Source of the DNA: Lingula anatina
Taxonomy: Eukaryota > Animalia > Brachiopoda
Length of the DNA stretch: 64,000 nucleotides
Direction of reading: 5' to 3'
Assembly: GCA_051362555.1 (NCBI GenBank)
Contig: CM120644.1
Coordinates: 2,674,954-2,738,953 of the forward strand
The translations under genes and the position numbers were made by a program. Below the pieces are notes generated by a model. It saw only the letters and a list, made by a program, of their open reading frames with translations, was not told the origin of the DNA and searched no databases. Of the stretch, positions 10,543 to 23,320 are shown one piece after another; the stretch's first letter is position 1, and every line of letters begins with the position of its first letter.

Positions 10543-11676
10543 ATGGCGTCACCACAATGCAGATGCGTGTTTAGACAGTTCTCATCCCTTTTGATTGTTG
10601 GATGTTCGGTGCTGTTAATGTTGACGGTTTTGAAGTTTATAGGCGTTCCTGATAAAATCCCAACGAAGCCGAAAAAAGAAGCACCATTGCCACACAATGC
10701 CCGCCAATTGGGATCAAAAGATAAATCTTTGCCAAGGACTTCCCAAATAGGAAAACATCATTATTCTCACCACACAGACATCATTCTCAACCCAGGGGAA
10801 ATCGGACCGTTTCCTTCACTCCCGTCTTACTCGCTGAAACCCGGCGGAGGAGGGAGACATTACAACCCCGGTGTACTTCTGTCCTTTTTCAAATCGGAAC
10901 TCACAGATGACGATAAAGAAGTCTTTACAAATATACTGGCTACCATAGACCAGATTTGCAAGGAGAACAATATCACCTATTTCATGTCTGCGGGCACCTT
11001 GCTCGGATCTTACCGACACCATGGTATAATACCATGGGATGTTGATGCTGACATTCATTGCAGCATTCGTAGTAAGGTAAAACTGACGGAGGCATTTTCA
11101 AAACATGCTCCAGATTATGCTCTTCATACCCCTCGTTATACCCGCTACCCGGGGTTACTAAAAGTCTATTATAAAAGGTCAAATATCATGGTGGGCGAGT
11201 GGAAATGGCCAACAGTCGATATATTCCTGTACGCGGAAAACCAAACACACATTTGGGATATTCCTCGGAATTTAAGCGGAAACACAGTACCCAGCTCAAG
11301 TAAACTTTACAGGACATTCGAAAAAAGAGTCCTGTTTCCTCTTCATAGGCGTCCGTTTGGTAACATATTTCTCAACGCCCCTCGCGATTCTTTTGCCTAC
11401 CTTAAGTTGATTTATGACAGTACAGACTGCCAGAAACAACTGCATAGACAATACGCAATACAGATTCCCTGCAAGGAACTGGAGAACGTCGTGCCGTTCG
11501 TTTACAGAGAGGGGGTCGCCAATGGATCGGGCGTGATGGAAAAGCTTATGATAAGCAACACAGTGTTACAAGAATTCATTATTGACGAGCCAAGTTATGC
11601 CGTAACAAAACGTTATAGTCTGGAGTTGGTGGAACACAATAAAAAAGGGCGAGATTCGGGAAAAATAAATAAATAA
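10543..11676 (+). CDS. LicD/fukutin-FKRP family phosphotransferase, copy 2 (377 aa)
   Basis: Intact ORF with GTLLGSYRHHGIIPWDVDAD. Same acceptor and ATG context as copy 1. In-frame 9-aa stem deletion and 5-aa loop deletion relative to copy 1. Confidence 0.87.
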   Translation: MASPQCRCVFRQFSSLLIVGCSVLLMLTVLKFIGVPDKIPTKPKKEAPLPHNARQLGSKDKSLPRTSQIGKHHYSHHTDIILNPGEIGPFPSLPSYSLKPGGGGRHYNPGVLLSFFKSELTDDDKEVFTNILATIDQICKENNITYFMSAGTLLGSYRHHGIIPWDVDADIHCSIRSKVKLTEAFSKHAPDYALHTPRYTRYPGLLKVYYKRSNIMVGEWKWPTVDIFLYAENQTHIWDIPRNLSGNTVPSSSKLYRTFEKRVLFPLHRRPFGNIFLNAPRDSFAYLKLIYDSTDCQKQLHRQYAIQIPCKELENVVPFVYREGVANGSGVMEKLMISNTVLQEFIIDEPSYAVTKRYSLELVEHNKKGRDSGKINK

Positions 11677-12493
11677 ATGACAATGCGAAACATTTTAATT
11701 GAATTTTATCAGTCAAGGAGATTATTTTTGTTCTTTTACTAACATTCGTTCCATTTTCTTTAGCTATTCAGTTTTTTTTCTGTTATACACCAATACCTCT
11801 GAATATCATAACATTTAAAATTATTTTAAATTGTAATCATTTTAACGTTATAGCTTAAATAGATGACAAAATTTTAAATCTCATTCATACTTTATTTACT
11901 CTTACATAATATGTACAGGCTGTAGATTTACACGTGCAATATTAACATGTTTTAATAAGTTATATTGGGAGCACTGGCATTTCAGCCAACACAGTCACTC
12001 ACTGTATGTACTGACATCAGTTTTGGCAAATTCTGACCCAGGACTTGGAAATACACAAAGATATACACAGTCAGTTTTTGCTTGACAAACGAAAACGCAG
12101 TATTTGCCAGACATAGGTTTACACCCACTCTTAACGAAACATTTTGTCAAACTTTCCACAGACTGGGCCAATATGGACAAAGAAGCGGATGACTCAGAAT
12201 TTCAACGGGTACCACGCAAGGAACAATGACTATTATGCTAATGTTAGTTTACATACATGACGGTGTGTTTATATATTATGGGTCAGTAACATACTGATAT
12301 TTAAGTCATCTATGCGACATTGATGAATTGTAATATTTGCCTTCAGAGATGCTGCAATACAATAAAACTGGTATAAATAAAATACTGGAGTGTTTTCTCC
12401 TTAAATTTTCTATCAAGTCCATTAAACCCCCTAGACTTCAATTGGCAGAAAATACATTTTCCAAATAAAAGGCAGCAAAATCATCTAAAGTGT

Positions 12494-12616
12494 TTATCGC
12501 CACACGAAACCGAATCTCTTGTTGGTCCGTCCATCTCCATATATATTCTTCTTTACCTCCTCGGTCGTCCCTCGTTGGTAGATGGGCAGCTGGACACCGA
12601 TGTGATACATCGCATC
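12494..12616 (-). pseudogene. CFAP210: Remnant of the CFAP210 terminal exon
   Basis: Encodes GVQLPIYQRGTTEEVKKNIYGDGRTNKRFGFVWR*. Joined by a deletion to sequence matching 8918ff and 24026ff. Confidence 0.8.
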
Positions 12617-14833
12617 GTTTAGTGAGTTGGTCGATAAGACAGAAAAGATTTGGAAGTGGAGCTTGTCAAACAAAGATAAGATTTTACAATTTGTCATCTT
12701 GCCCTATATGTCCAATCCGATTGTTCCAGAAAGAGCAACTTTGTACAAGTCAATCACAGGGAGATACATGTATACCGCTGGCTGCCTATGAAAAACATTC
12801 AGCGCACAGAATATTTGTTCCTTTGCTTTATGGTAATTTGCTCAGTGTGAATAGAAATGCCAACAGGAACTATTTAAAGGTGTTAGTGAAGGTACTTACG
12901 ATCACTTCATATCCATGCACTTGAAATGTGATTTGCATTGTGAAAAAAGGTGAAATATGTCAATATGAATATTAGATAGAAGACTTTAATTTCCACGAAC
13001 TAGACCACTAAGTACTACTTTAACCCAACTCCACGTGTTAGTTACACAGGCACAAAACATGATAACCACAATATGATAACAACTTTTAGCAACATTTTAC
13101 TTCAATTTAATTTCCTGGGAAGCAGGATAACGATACTGCGCTCTGCATTATTTGGCTTAATAGCAACACTAAATTTCCGTCATTATGAATTTGTTGAACT
13201 TGTTGCTAGACTTTCAGACACTGTTTTAGTTTTTATTAATTAAAGTAACTGATGACTTACCTAAACAGAATATTACCAATAAATTGTGCTTTAAAGTTGA
13301 TAAAATAATCTTTAAAATATTTAAAGATTGCTGACAGCAGTGTGCAATGATTATTGGTCGGAAAGCAAAAAGAGCTTGGGATTAGTGAAAAACATTAACT
13401 TCATTTAGACATACCATATATGTTGCCGTGATATAAAGTTTTCGTTTTTTTACTTTCTAAACCGTTGTAAGGTTCGATTTTATATTCACAAATCGAGAAG
13501 GAGTAAGCAACAAGAGTCGCAGATTTCCAAACGGCTTTATTCTCACTGCCTTACTCCGTAAGTGCAAAGTCATAAGTGCCTAATCTACCCGCCACCAATC
13601 CAATTTATATTTAGCTCTACCTTGCATGTCCTATAGAAATATTATCTATAAACTGAACATAATATCTAGTCTCACAAGACAGGTGTCACAAGAGACGCAC
13701 AACATCTTAGGGGGCGTGGGACATGCTAAGGGGTGCCACCGCGTCCTTTACACTGTTTTGCCATCTATCTTTGCCTACATGTCATAATATCTGGTTCTGT
13801 GAATTTATTATTTTTAAAAAATTATTTTGTAAATATAGTTGCAATGATGTTTGTTGTTTTGTGTCCATGTATTTGCCAGGTAAGCTGTTTATTTTCAAAA
13901 AGTGTCAGAAATCCATAATTTTTGATTGAAATTCATGTGCGTTAAATATATTTGTAAATAAATCTATTTAACGCATCTTTAAAAATCTTTATTCCGTTTA
14001 TTTTTGACTGAATGGCCTTGTGGTCAGTGCCGGAGCAGAAGGTCTTGGTTCGACAAACCAGTCCTTCATAATCGCTACCTGCTGTCTCCCCCCGCTTAAC
14101 ACTCCCCACTTAGGGGCTGAAACGCCCCTAAGTGGGGAGTGTATCTTGAGTGTATCTCTGTATCTTGATCAAAAATGACAAAGCGTCCGTTGTAAACCGT
14201 GCTATAATGTATATTTTAACATAATGTTGTATATAATGGAATGCGGTACAACCCAAACTTTACTTTACTCTAACCTTAAATTGTTTGCCTTTTAGGAAAA
14301 TATTTTAAAAGTTCAATATGCATTTTTCTGAAAATGCTAAAATATTCGGGAGGAGAACAAATAATAAACGGTTAGGTTTTGGTGATGTCCCACTCTTTAA
14401 AGAAATAGTAAGTAGCTAAAGCCTAGTTGTTTGTATGCAATTTCATTGAAATTATTATGGAGGGATTTTGATGAAGTTTTCGGGAAAGGACGGAGGAAGG
14501 CTAGATTTTGGTGATGTTTAATGGATTAATCAATCAGTTGGCTAATTGATAGATAATGAAAATTTGGTTTATTGATTAGGGGGATTAAGAATTTATTTTA
14601 AAAAAGCTGATAATTGAGTCGATTATCTCATTAATTATCTTATTTTAAAAAGAATAATGAGGAATATGCTGCCTGAGTACTATCCTAGTTGAATTCATTT
14701 CGGTTGTCTGCGCATCTGTCAACCAATGCCGATTTATTTGGAATTTACCAATATTGTATTTTTAAAACTACGACAGTATCACCATGATAAAAACGTCTTT
14801 AAATCTTTCTTTTCAGTCTCTGCTGTCAAACAG

Positions 14834-15996
14834 ATGGCGTCACCACAATGCAGATGCGTGTTTAGACAGTTCTCATCCCTTTTGATTGTTGGATGTTCGG
14901 TGCTGTTAATGTTGACGGTTTTGAAGATAATAGGCGACAGGCCGCAAATGTGTAAATACAGTGTTCCTGATAAAATCCCAACGAAGCCGAAAAAAGAGGC
15001 ACCATTGCCACCCAATGCCCGCCAGTTGTGATCCAAAGATAAATCTTTGCTAAGGACAGCCCAAATAGGAAAACATCATTATTCTCACGACACAGACACC
15101 GCTCTCAACCCAGTGGAGATCGGATCGATTCCTTCACTCCCGTCTTACTCGCTGAAACCCGGCGGAGGAGGGAGACATTACAACCCCGGTGTACTTTTGT
15201 CCTTTTTCCAATCGGAACTCACGGCTGAAGATAAAGATATCTTTACAAATATACTAGGTACCATAGACAGGGTATGCAGGGAGAACACTATCACCTATTT
15301 CATGTCTGCGGGCACCTTGCTCGGGTCATACAGACACCATGGTATGATACCATGGGATGTAGATGCTGACATTCATTGCAGCATTCGCAGTAAGGCGAAA
15401 CTGACGGAGGCATTTTCAAAACATGCACCAGACTATGTTGTTCATACCCCGCTCCACACCCGCTACCCGGGGTTACTGAAGGTCTATTACAAGTGGTCAA
15501 ATATCACGGTGGACGAGTGGAAATGGCCAGCAGTCGACATATTCCTGTACGCGGAAAACCAAACACATATTTGGGATATTCCTGGTAACTTAAGCGGAAC
15601 CAAAGTACCTCGCCCACTCAACCCCAGCTCAAGTAAACTTTACAAGACATTCGAAAAAAAGTCATATTTCCTCTCCACAGGCGTCCTTTTGGTAACATCC
15701 TTCTCTACGCACCTCGCGACTCTTTTGCCTATCTAAAGTTGTATTATGACAGTACAGACTGCCAGAAACAACTGCATAGACAATACGCAATACAGATTCC
15801 CTGCAAGGAACTGGAGAACGTCGTGCCGTTCGTTTACAGAGAGGTGGTCGCCAATGGATCGGGCGTGATGGAAAAGCTGATGATAGGCAACACGGTGTTA
15901 CAAGAATTCATTATCGACGAGCCGAGTTATGCCGTAACAAAACGTTATAGTCTGGAGTTGGTGGAACACTATAAAGACGGACGAGATTCGACCTAA
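14834..15996 (+). pseudogene. LicD family pseudogene, copy 3
   Basis: GGA->TGA stop at 15029-15031 and a 1-nt frameshift in the A-run at ~15654-15660. Otherwise colinear with copies 1, 2 and 4. Confidence 0.88.
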
Positions 15997-18149
15997 ATAA
16001 ATAAATAGCAATACAAAACATTTTAATTGTATTTTATCAGACAAGGAGATTATTTTTGTTCTTTTACATCTTTTCCGGAAATTGAAACTGCATTGTGGGT
16101 AGGGGAGCCCTGCTACGTCGAAACACTTACAGCGGTGCTAAAAACCATGGCTGGGTTTACGTGCTCTTTGTCCCGCTACTACAATAACAGTAAGCGAGAT
16201 CGACACATGAGGTTTAATAAGTTCCCAACAAACCCGTTAGAATGAAAAATATGTCAGAAAGAAAGGAAAATATAGCAGGTTTGGATCAAAAGCAGGACAC
16301 TGCGTTTGCGCTGAACATTTCGAAGGCATGAAGAAAAACAATAATATTAGGAGATCAACGGTGCTTTAATAAAAAACAGAAATGCTTAGTTAAACAACGG
16401 ATATAACGAACTATCGGCAAATAGAACTCGGGGGTAAAAAATGCAAGAAAAAAAACATTATAAAGATGTGAAAGAAAAATTGAAGAATAGGCCGGGGCCT
16501 TAAAATTAAGAAATGACATCAAGCATGAGATTATGGAAAAAGAAAGTAAAAGCCGTGAAGTTTTACATGGGGATTCTACTTACAAAAAATTCAAGAACTT
16601 TCACGACTTTTTGTGTAACAACAAAGAGAAGGTTTGAAAAGTTTTGTATGTAATATCCTTTTTGTGTGTGTTTTATTGATAAGTGATCATTTTAAATGTT
16701 GTAGGCCCATCACAGGTTTTAGTCTCTAATAACCCTTAGCAGGGTGGGTTCTATTTTTTTTAACGTGAGACGTTAAAATTTTTTTTTTTTTATTATGTAT
16801 TCAGTCCCGTATACGTGTTACTGATTTGTACAAACGGGGCTCATATTATCAAGATCAACAGAGACATACGAAGAAGAAAGTACATCGGCTCTTGTTGAAC
16901 GAGTTATCGGCGAAATAAAAAGTTATTTATTTCTGAACTCAATGACAAGAGAATTGGAAAATACAAAAAATGCAGAAAAGCCTTTCTGTAAGCTACACGT
17001 ACATAATACATGTATGGTAAAGACAAAATGGATAATAAACATAATCCAACAACGTATTTGTAAAGTAATACAAATATGCTTAGTATTAAAGTAGGCCTAC
17101 GTATATTTAACTGTCTTAGATAGTTGAAAAGTATAAAATGTGTGGGAAACACTTTATTTGAATGATTTAATTGTCTGTGATTGAAAACGATCAAAATACG
17201 CATGAAAACATTTAAAAATCAAATAATTTGGCCTCTTGCTATAATTTTGTTTTTGTTTCAGTTTGACAAAATGTTCATACTTGTCAGACCGAAAGGCTGA
17301 CATTTTTTACCTGTCGTAAATTTTGTACATATACTAGAATAAGACACGGTAAACTTTAATTATCGTCTGGGAAAGAGTCGAGAATTCCTGTCTTACCTAT
17401 TTAACACTTAAAAGGTTTTAATTACAGAGGAAAGGTCGTAGTTGTGGCCGCCCGCCTTCCCGAACAATTAAACAAGTAACACCTGATGCCTTATCAGGTA
17501 CCAAACGATTTAATCAGTTCACCGACGAACGATCTGCGTGTCAGTTTTACCTGTATACACAGTAGCTACGAGTCAAACAATGCAGGAAATCTTTTCATTT
17601 TATCACTTTAAAAATCTCTTAAGATATCAAACAAGACATAAAAATCGTAATGAATTGACACTGCCGGTACATGAGGTGATATCGCCACAGCTTGCATATA
17701 TACATGTACAAAATTGTGAAGACGTAGGCCTGCGCACCTGTCCACACTCTTGAAAGCTGTGTACGAGTCTACTAGCTATTTTGATTTTATATATAAAAAA
17801 ATAACGAGTCTCTTTCGCATATCTTTATTATTGGAAGCATTTAAAAGAACTCCGAAGCTTTAGTTCGTCATCACTATTGAAAGTGCAGCCAAGGCTCGGA
17901 CGCTTAGGTGAAGTCTAGTTGTAAAGCGCAGCGTATTTAAACCGAGAAAAAAATATATTTAATTGCTTGATTCTCCGTCCAAATAGCTGTATCTTGCCTA
18001 CAGTTTACGCATTTCTGTGCTTCAGCCACCTTTTTAGTTTGACAGAAAGCAATGCACGCTTCATACGACCTTTTTATATGCGCACCTTGTACATCATCGA
18101 CACCTAGCATTGCCATGCTGGAAACAGCAGAGGACCACTATGACCCCTG

Positions 18150-18349
18150 TGGCGCGCGGTTCCTGTCGTGCGCGCTTCGTATTTCCGCAAAAGATGAAAA
18201 AGGTTAATTATAACGTGACCTAAAGAACGAAAGACCCAAGACAATACTACAGGTATCCATTCAGCTGCCAGCAGTCAGTAATCCTGGTCAGGCTGCCTCA
18301 ATCCTCTCTGAGCTATTCCTGTTGCAGGAAGAACGAGAGTTTGGTAAGT
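18150..18349 (+). promoter_or_regulatory. Candidate promoter and non-coding first exon, possibly for LicD copy 4
   Basis: Local CpG-rich patch (ggcgcgcggttcc...gcgcgcttcgtatttccgc) followed by a consensus donor TTG|GTAAGT at 18343/18344, then AT-rich intron-like sequence. Confidence 0.35.
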
Positions 18350-21300
18350 GATATATTGTCTAAAAATTAATTGGAGTCAATGTTTTTCTGCTCATTATTT
18401 CAGCTAAATTTATACTACAAGTTATTTATTATTGACTATTATTGTAAAATATTTATTCCACGTTTTGTTTATGCAAATTATGAATTTGTCATATATTTTA
18501 TCGGTTCTAGGATGCGTATCTGGATTGTTTGTACATCATTGATTGTTTTTCATGGTTTTCAAACCCAAAATTTTGCTTAATGACGAACAAACAGTCTTGA
18601 TGCTAATGTTGTGGAAAAATGCCACAATTGTTGCTTCTTTGGTGCTGTAAAAAATAGCTGCCTCTGGAAAAGGTTTCAAAATGGCCTCCATAGTATTTAT
18701 CTATTATCGTGACTTGTGATATAGACATACTGTACGATTCGCCCGGCGTCATGGGCCTATACGTCACCGATGTTTGTGCATATATCAGAAACAAAACAAA
18801 ACAAATTAAAGAGATAAAAAACTATGATATAGGTTGAAAGCAAAACACTACTACAGTATATATAAGTCATGGTGCACTCAACTTTTGAGCCCTGAATAGT
18901 TAATTTGATAAACTGTATGGTATAAGTCTAATTATGAATAATAGTAATAAGGTGTTGCGGCTTACGGCAATCCTATCCGAGCAATTTTACGTCCCCTTGG
19001 TGCAACCGGGCCATAAAGCGCATCTATGCCAAACACAAAGTGAATGTTTGTTTCTGACCGCACATAATACTAAGGCAGATCCTATGTCACCATAAAGACA
19101 AGGCAGACGGAAAAAATATATCAGTGGTGCGATCTATCATATTAAGCGCCAAGGAGATGAGGACTGTGAATGTGACAATGGTCACACCGGAGAGACAGAA
19201 AGTACACTGAAATTGGCACACAGTGGACAATAGAAGTGACACCCCCTAAATCAGAGTATTTAAAGAACAATGGTCATGACGTCAGAATGGCCTGTGTGGA
19301 ACATATTCTTCAGAAAACATGCCCAACTAACGATATCTTTATCTAAATACACGAAGTAAAAGCTCATTTTGTAAATTTTGGACTCTAAAAAAACGTCCTT
19401 TCTGCTTGGCCTGCGAGTTAATGAGCTACATGGTCACGTGGTCCGATAACGACAATCGAGCCACCGGCGGAGCTGTCAAACTCAGCTGCATTGTCTACCT
19501 GTAAGATGACTTTTCTGGCTTCTGTTAAAAGGCTATACTTATTCAAATCTCTTACCCGAGGGGTCTGAATACTCGTGAAGCCGTGATTTGAATGACTTAA
19601 GGGCACTGTTGATTATTCAATATGAACTCCATGTTCTTTGTGAAATTCAATTTATTTTATTACGCTGACACCCCGTCTTGCATACTTTTATTAAACTGAG
19701 GTAAACAATGCCTGTTGCCAAGTCCAGCTTGATCATCCATCTAACTGGAACATCCTTTACTTCTTAATTAGAGGGTTAAATGACATTCAGTTCTCCTGTT
19801 ACAGTAGCCTTTGTCTTGCACTCTCGCTGGCAGTATTTATCTCATGTGAAAATCTACCTGTGCGTTAGTTCAAAGAGCGGCTCCCGTAGACCAGGGGGTA
19901 CTAGATAAAATCTGAACACCAGGTTTATTGAGGAGCTAGAGAAACAAACGAACGAATTTTTCCTGCACTGCTTCATAGGAATATTAACACGGGCTTGATC
20001 CAGCTTAGACCTCCAAATTAACAGGGTGACATGGGCAATTTTCACAAACAGTTAATAAAACTATATTTCAGATAGCCTCCTTTAAAATTAATATACCGTT
20101 CTGGGTAAATAAGAATATTTATTAAATCGCCAGAATATTTTTAACTTAAATGACGATTTTATTATAAATGGAAATTAAGCTACTTTATGTGGTACATGTG
20201 CTGTCCTTGATATTTTGCGTTAGTCTACATTTTGCTGTACGTGCTTGGAATTTTTAAATTTTTACACTAACGTACGTAAAACTACACATTTAGTAAACAT
20301 TCAAGTAATGATTTTCCATGTTACTAATAGCAAACAATGCTCTTTTACCTTGATCTGCTACATGTTTTTGGGTTTGATAAAGCTTACAAATTTGCAAAAA
20401 GTTTTGCGTACAGACGCAGAACTTGCTTTTCAAGTTATAAAATGATAAATCTTTTAAATTATTTAATATTTGAGATTAAATAACCTCCAGAAACAAATAC
20501 TCAAAGCATAAACGAATTAGGATTACGAACCATTTTATAACAGAAGTTACCATTTTTTTCTTTAATATACCGCTCTTTTTCCTGTTTTTCCTCAACACGT
20601 TTTCTTCCACGGAAGTAATGCCTGGGCATACGCATGCTTCAAGATACCCTGAGAGCAATTACTTTTATTAATGTTTGCGACGGTGTTTGAATTCAATTGT
20701 TTAAATATTGACATTTAACGGTATAGATATATTGAACGATAAAGATATATTGAAAAATATGAAAGTCCACCAAGACGATTTTGATTTTTCAATTTATTAA
20801 AAATTTGAGCCCTACGGCTCATCAGACGATTTTGATACCTGTTATTACCTAGGTTGGGAAGTGCAGAGGTGCATAATTAACAGGTTCTATTGTAAACGAG
20901 CTCTTGGTCAACTACAGTGCATCAGCAATCAGTAAGTTTGCCAACTGATGGCAGTTAATCTGAAAGACTATCAGCTTTTGATATGATCTAAACCACCTGA
21001 GGTGACCATGATCTCGAGCATCGCAACTATTGTCACCGTAGTTAGTTAGTAAGTCAAGGAAGACCGTCACAGACAAAGAAAAGATTGTCAACGATTGCTT
21101 TAATTTTGGTGAATCCCACGGCAACACACTAAGGCATAATGAAAATTGCTGAACTCCGTTCAACATAACTTTCCTAAACTTCTGTCTGTTTGCGCCATGC
21201 AGCTCAGTTGAGTCTCATAGACCTTTATCCTCATTGTCGTCACAGTACCACGTGACCCAGATCTGTTGCTTCATTTATGCATATTGAGGTGAGGTTTACT

Positions 21301-21749
21301 TAAACGCTTTTTGTCTACTTATAAATTGTTTTTATAATTTTTAAATGGCGGGGATCGATTAAAACATAACTGTAGTGTATAGATTAAGTGCTGGATCTTC
21401 AGAATTCGAGAAATGGACTTTAATAAGACTATTGTCCTTTAAGGTTATTAACCTGAAGAGGCGGAATATAAGCAATGTTAGAATATCGATACAGCTGACT
21501 TGTTCAGTCAGAACCGTTTCTTTTGTGAATTTTGATGTTAATAAAATGATACCAGGAGCATATCATTCCACAGTCATTTATCTCCCCCCAACGAATGGCT
21601 CAGTAGGGGTAACACTTCTATTGTCCAGTGTGTGTAGGGTCATGGAACATAAGAGACGAAACTCCAGAGCTCCGTAACTCGAAAGCATTGCGAATTCCGA
21701 CCGAGCGCAAGCGTCTCTATTCCATAACTGGGGATTTACTCGCACAGAG

Positions 21750-22245
21750 ACCATTCCCACAGATTGCTGTCAGCTTAACCGGCTTAAATGTCTGTCCCGC
21801 CTACTAAAAGCTGCAAGGGGGTAATTAACTTTTGTGCGGGCTAGGCTCCCGGAAGCCGACAGCAATTAAAGGTACATACGAACCGAGCATCGGTGGATTG
21901 TGGATTCCCAGCAACACATGTAAACCACTTCTACTAGATTCTTATATGACTCAAATAAATTTGGCATGCCAAGGGATAAACTGAATAGATCACTCGATCA
22001 GCCATAAAAGACCTTTAGACTGCTCCTTTCTTTAAATTTATGGTTGTAAATTTAACCTACTTCCGTGACCTACTTTCCTGCCCCATTGACATACAGCTTA
22101 GCCAGCAGAAAAATCTGTTCAAACATCATTTTCGGGTAAAATTAAACAATGTGACAAAAAATTGACTTTGTATGTATCTTTAAGCATTAACCCCAAGGGA
22201 GTTTGGTCGATCCAGATGGATCGATCTAAATCTGTGGGAACCCAG
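21750..22245. mobile_element. MITE family A copy split by a nested insertion
   Basis: Ends cattcccacagatt... and ...aaatctgtgggaac. After removing 21870-22183 it matches the reverse complement of 60-210. Confidence 0.7.
21870..22179 (+). mobile_element. Non-autonomous TTAA-inserting DNA transposon (Kolobok-like), 310 bp
   Basis: TIR AGGTACATAC.../...GTATGTATCT with TTAA at 21866-21869 and 22180-22183. A second copy lies inverted at 57946-58321. Confidence 0.8.
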
Positions 22246-23114
22246 TCATACAGTACCCGGGGCAACTCCACAGTCCACTTATGAACTGGCAAAGACTGCT
22301 CAAAACTTCAACCGCCAAGGTGTGAAGTTTTGGCTCTCGCAGTGCTCTGTAATGTCACAGGTGAAGACTAACGTAATCTCAGTGTAAATCAAAATGAAAA
22401 TAAAAGCAACTGAACTCTCTGGCTAGGACCGTCCCGCGCAGGCTTATTAATAAAAGTGACCAAACTTGTATTGATTCTTAGCTTTCCGGCATAGCACCAC
22501 GTCACACCACCAGTAAAACGCTTTCAACAGCGTGTCTTCTCTGCGGAATAACTTGCCCAATATGTTTTCTCCAAAATTTGCATCGTCACAATAGCTTGAA
22601 TGGAAATCTCACCAGCTTTTACACATTTGCACGTTTTTTAATGATTTTCTTTTCCTAGGGGTTTGCATAAACCAAAACCGCCCCGACGTGGACGGCATTT
22701 GATTCCTTTGTGCTCTGTAACGTCATAGGTGAAGTCAAACTAATACTCAGCATAAAACAAAGTCGCAGTAAAAAAGTAATCTGTCCGGGAATGTTACGTG
22801 TTGGCTTCTCAATCAAGGCCTCGTGTACATCATGTATTCAACGTAGATGAATTTAAGACCAAGTTTCGGGCACTGGCTTTGCGCGGAATAAAAAACATGT
22901 TTACGTCGGTACGTAAGGAAATGTACTGCTTGATCCAACGTCTGCCAACGAAGCCTCCGTTGCTCCGTGGTAATTCCATTGGCATGGACATAGATAGGCA
23001 CTTGTTCTTGGGCTCGACTTCCAGACTGTTCAGTGGAGAATTATTTTTTCATGTAATGATTTCTAAAATTTGCGTTTCATTACTATAAGAAGTAACTCGT
23101 ACTCAAGGTAGGTG

Positions 23115-23320
23115 AGCGGGTCTGTTACGGCGCAGTTGGTAGCGTGCACGCCCGCAAAAAAAAAAACGTTCAAGGCCATCATGGACCATGACAACGGAAA
23201 GTCACGAGTTCGATTCCCAAATGTCGCATGTCAGTCCGTCACGACTACCACCTGGCCCGGAATCAGGAAGGCGCGAAAAACGAATTCAGTCTCTCCTGGG
23301 CCCGACAAATTACCTTTTGC
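23115..23320 (+). mobile_element. tRNA-related SINE-like sequence
   Basis: Pol III A-box-like ggcgcagttggtagcg (~23128) and B-box gagttcgattccc (~23206). Spacing is too long and the acceptor stem is missing for a functional tRNA. Confidence 0.45.

Noticed and set aside
15029-15031. In-frame TGA as selenocysteine or readthrough in LicD copy 3
   Set aside because: It replaces a Gly codon (GGA) in the stem region, and a downstream frameshift also breaks the gene.
20805-20835. Second hammerhead candidate (CTGATGAGCC...GGCTC on the minus strand); also CTGATGA at ~56830
   Set aside because: No GAAA after the hairpin and no stem I or III pairing.
23115-23225. Functional tRNA gene
   Set aside because: No acceptor stem or anticodon arm can be folded, and the A-B box spacing includes a poly(A) run.
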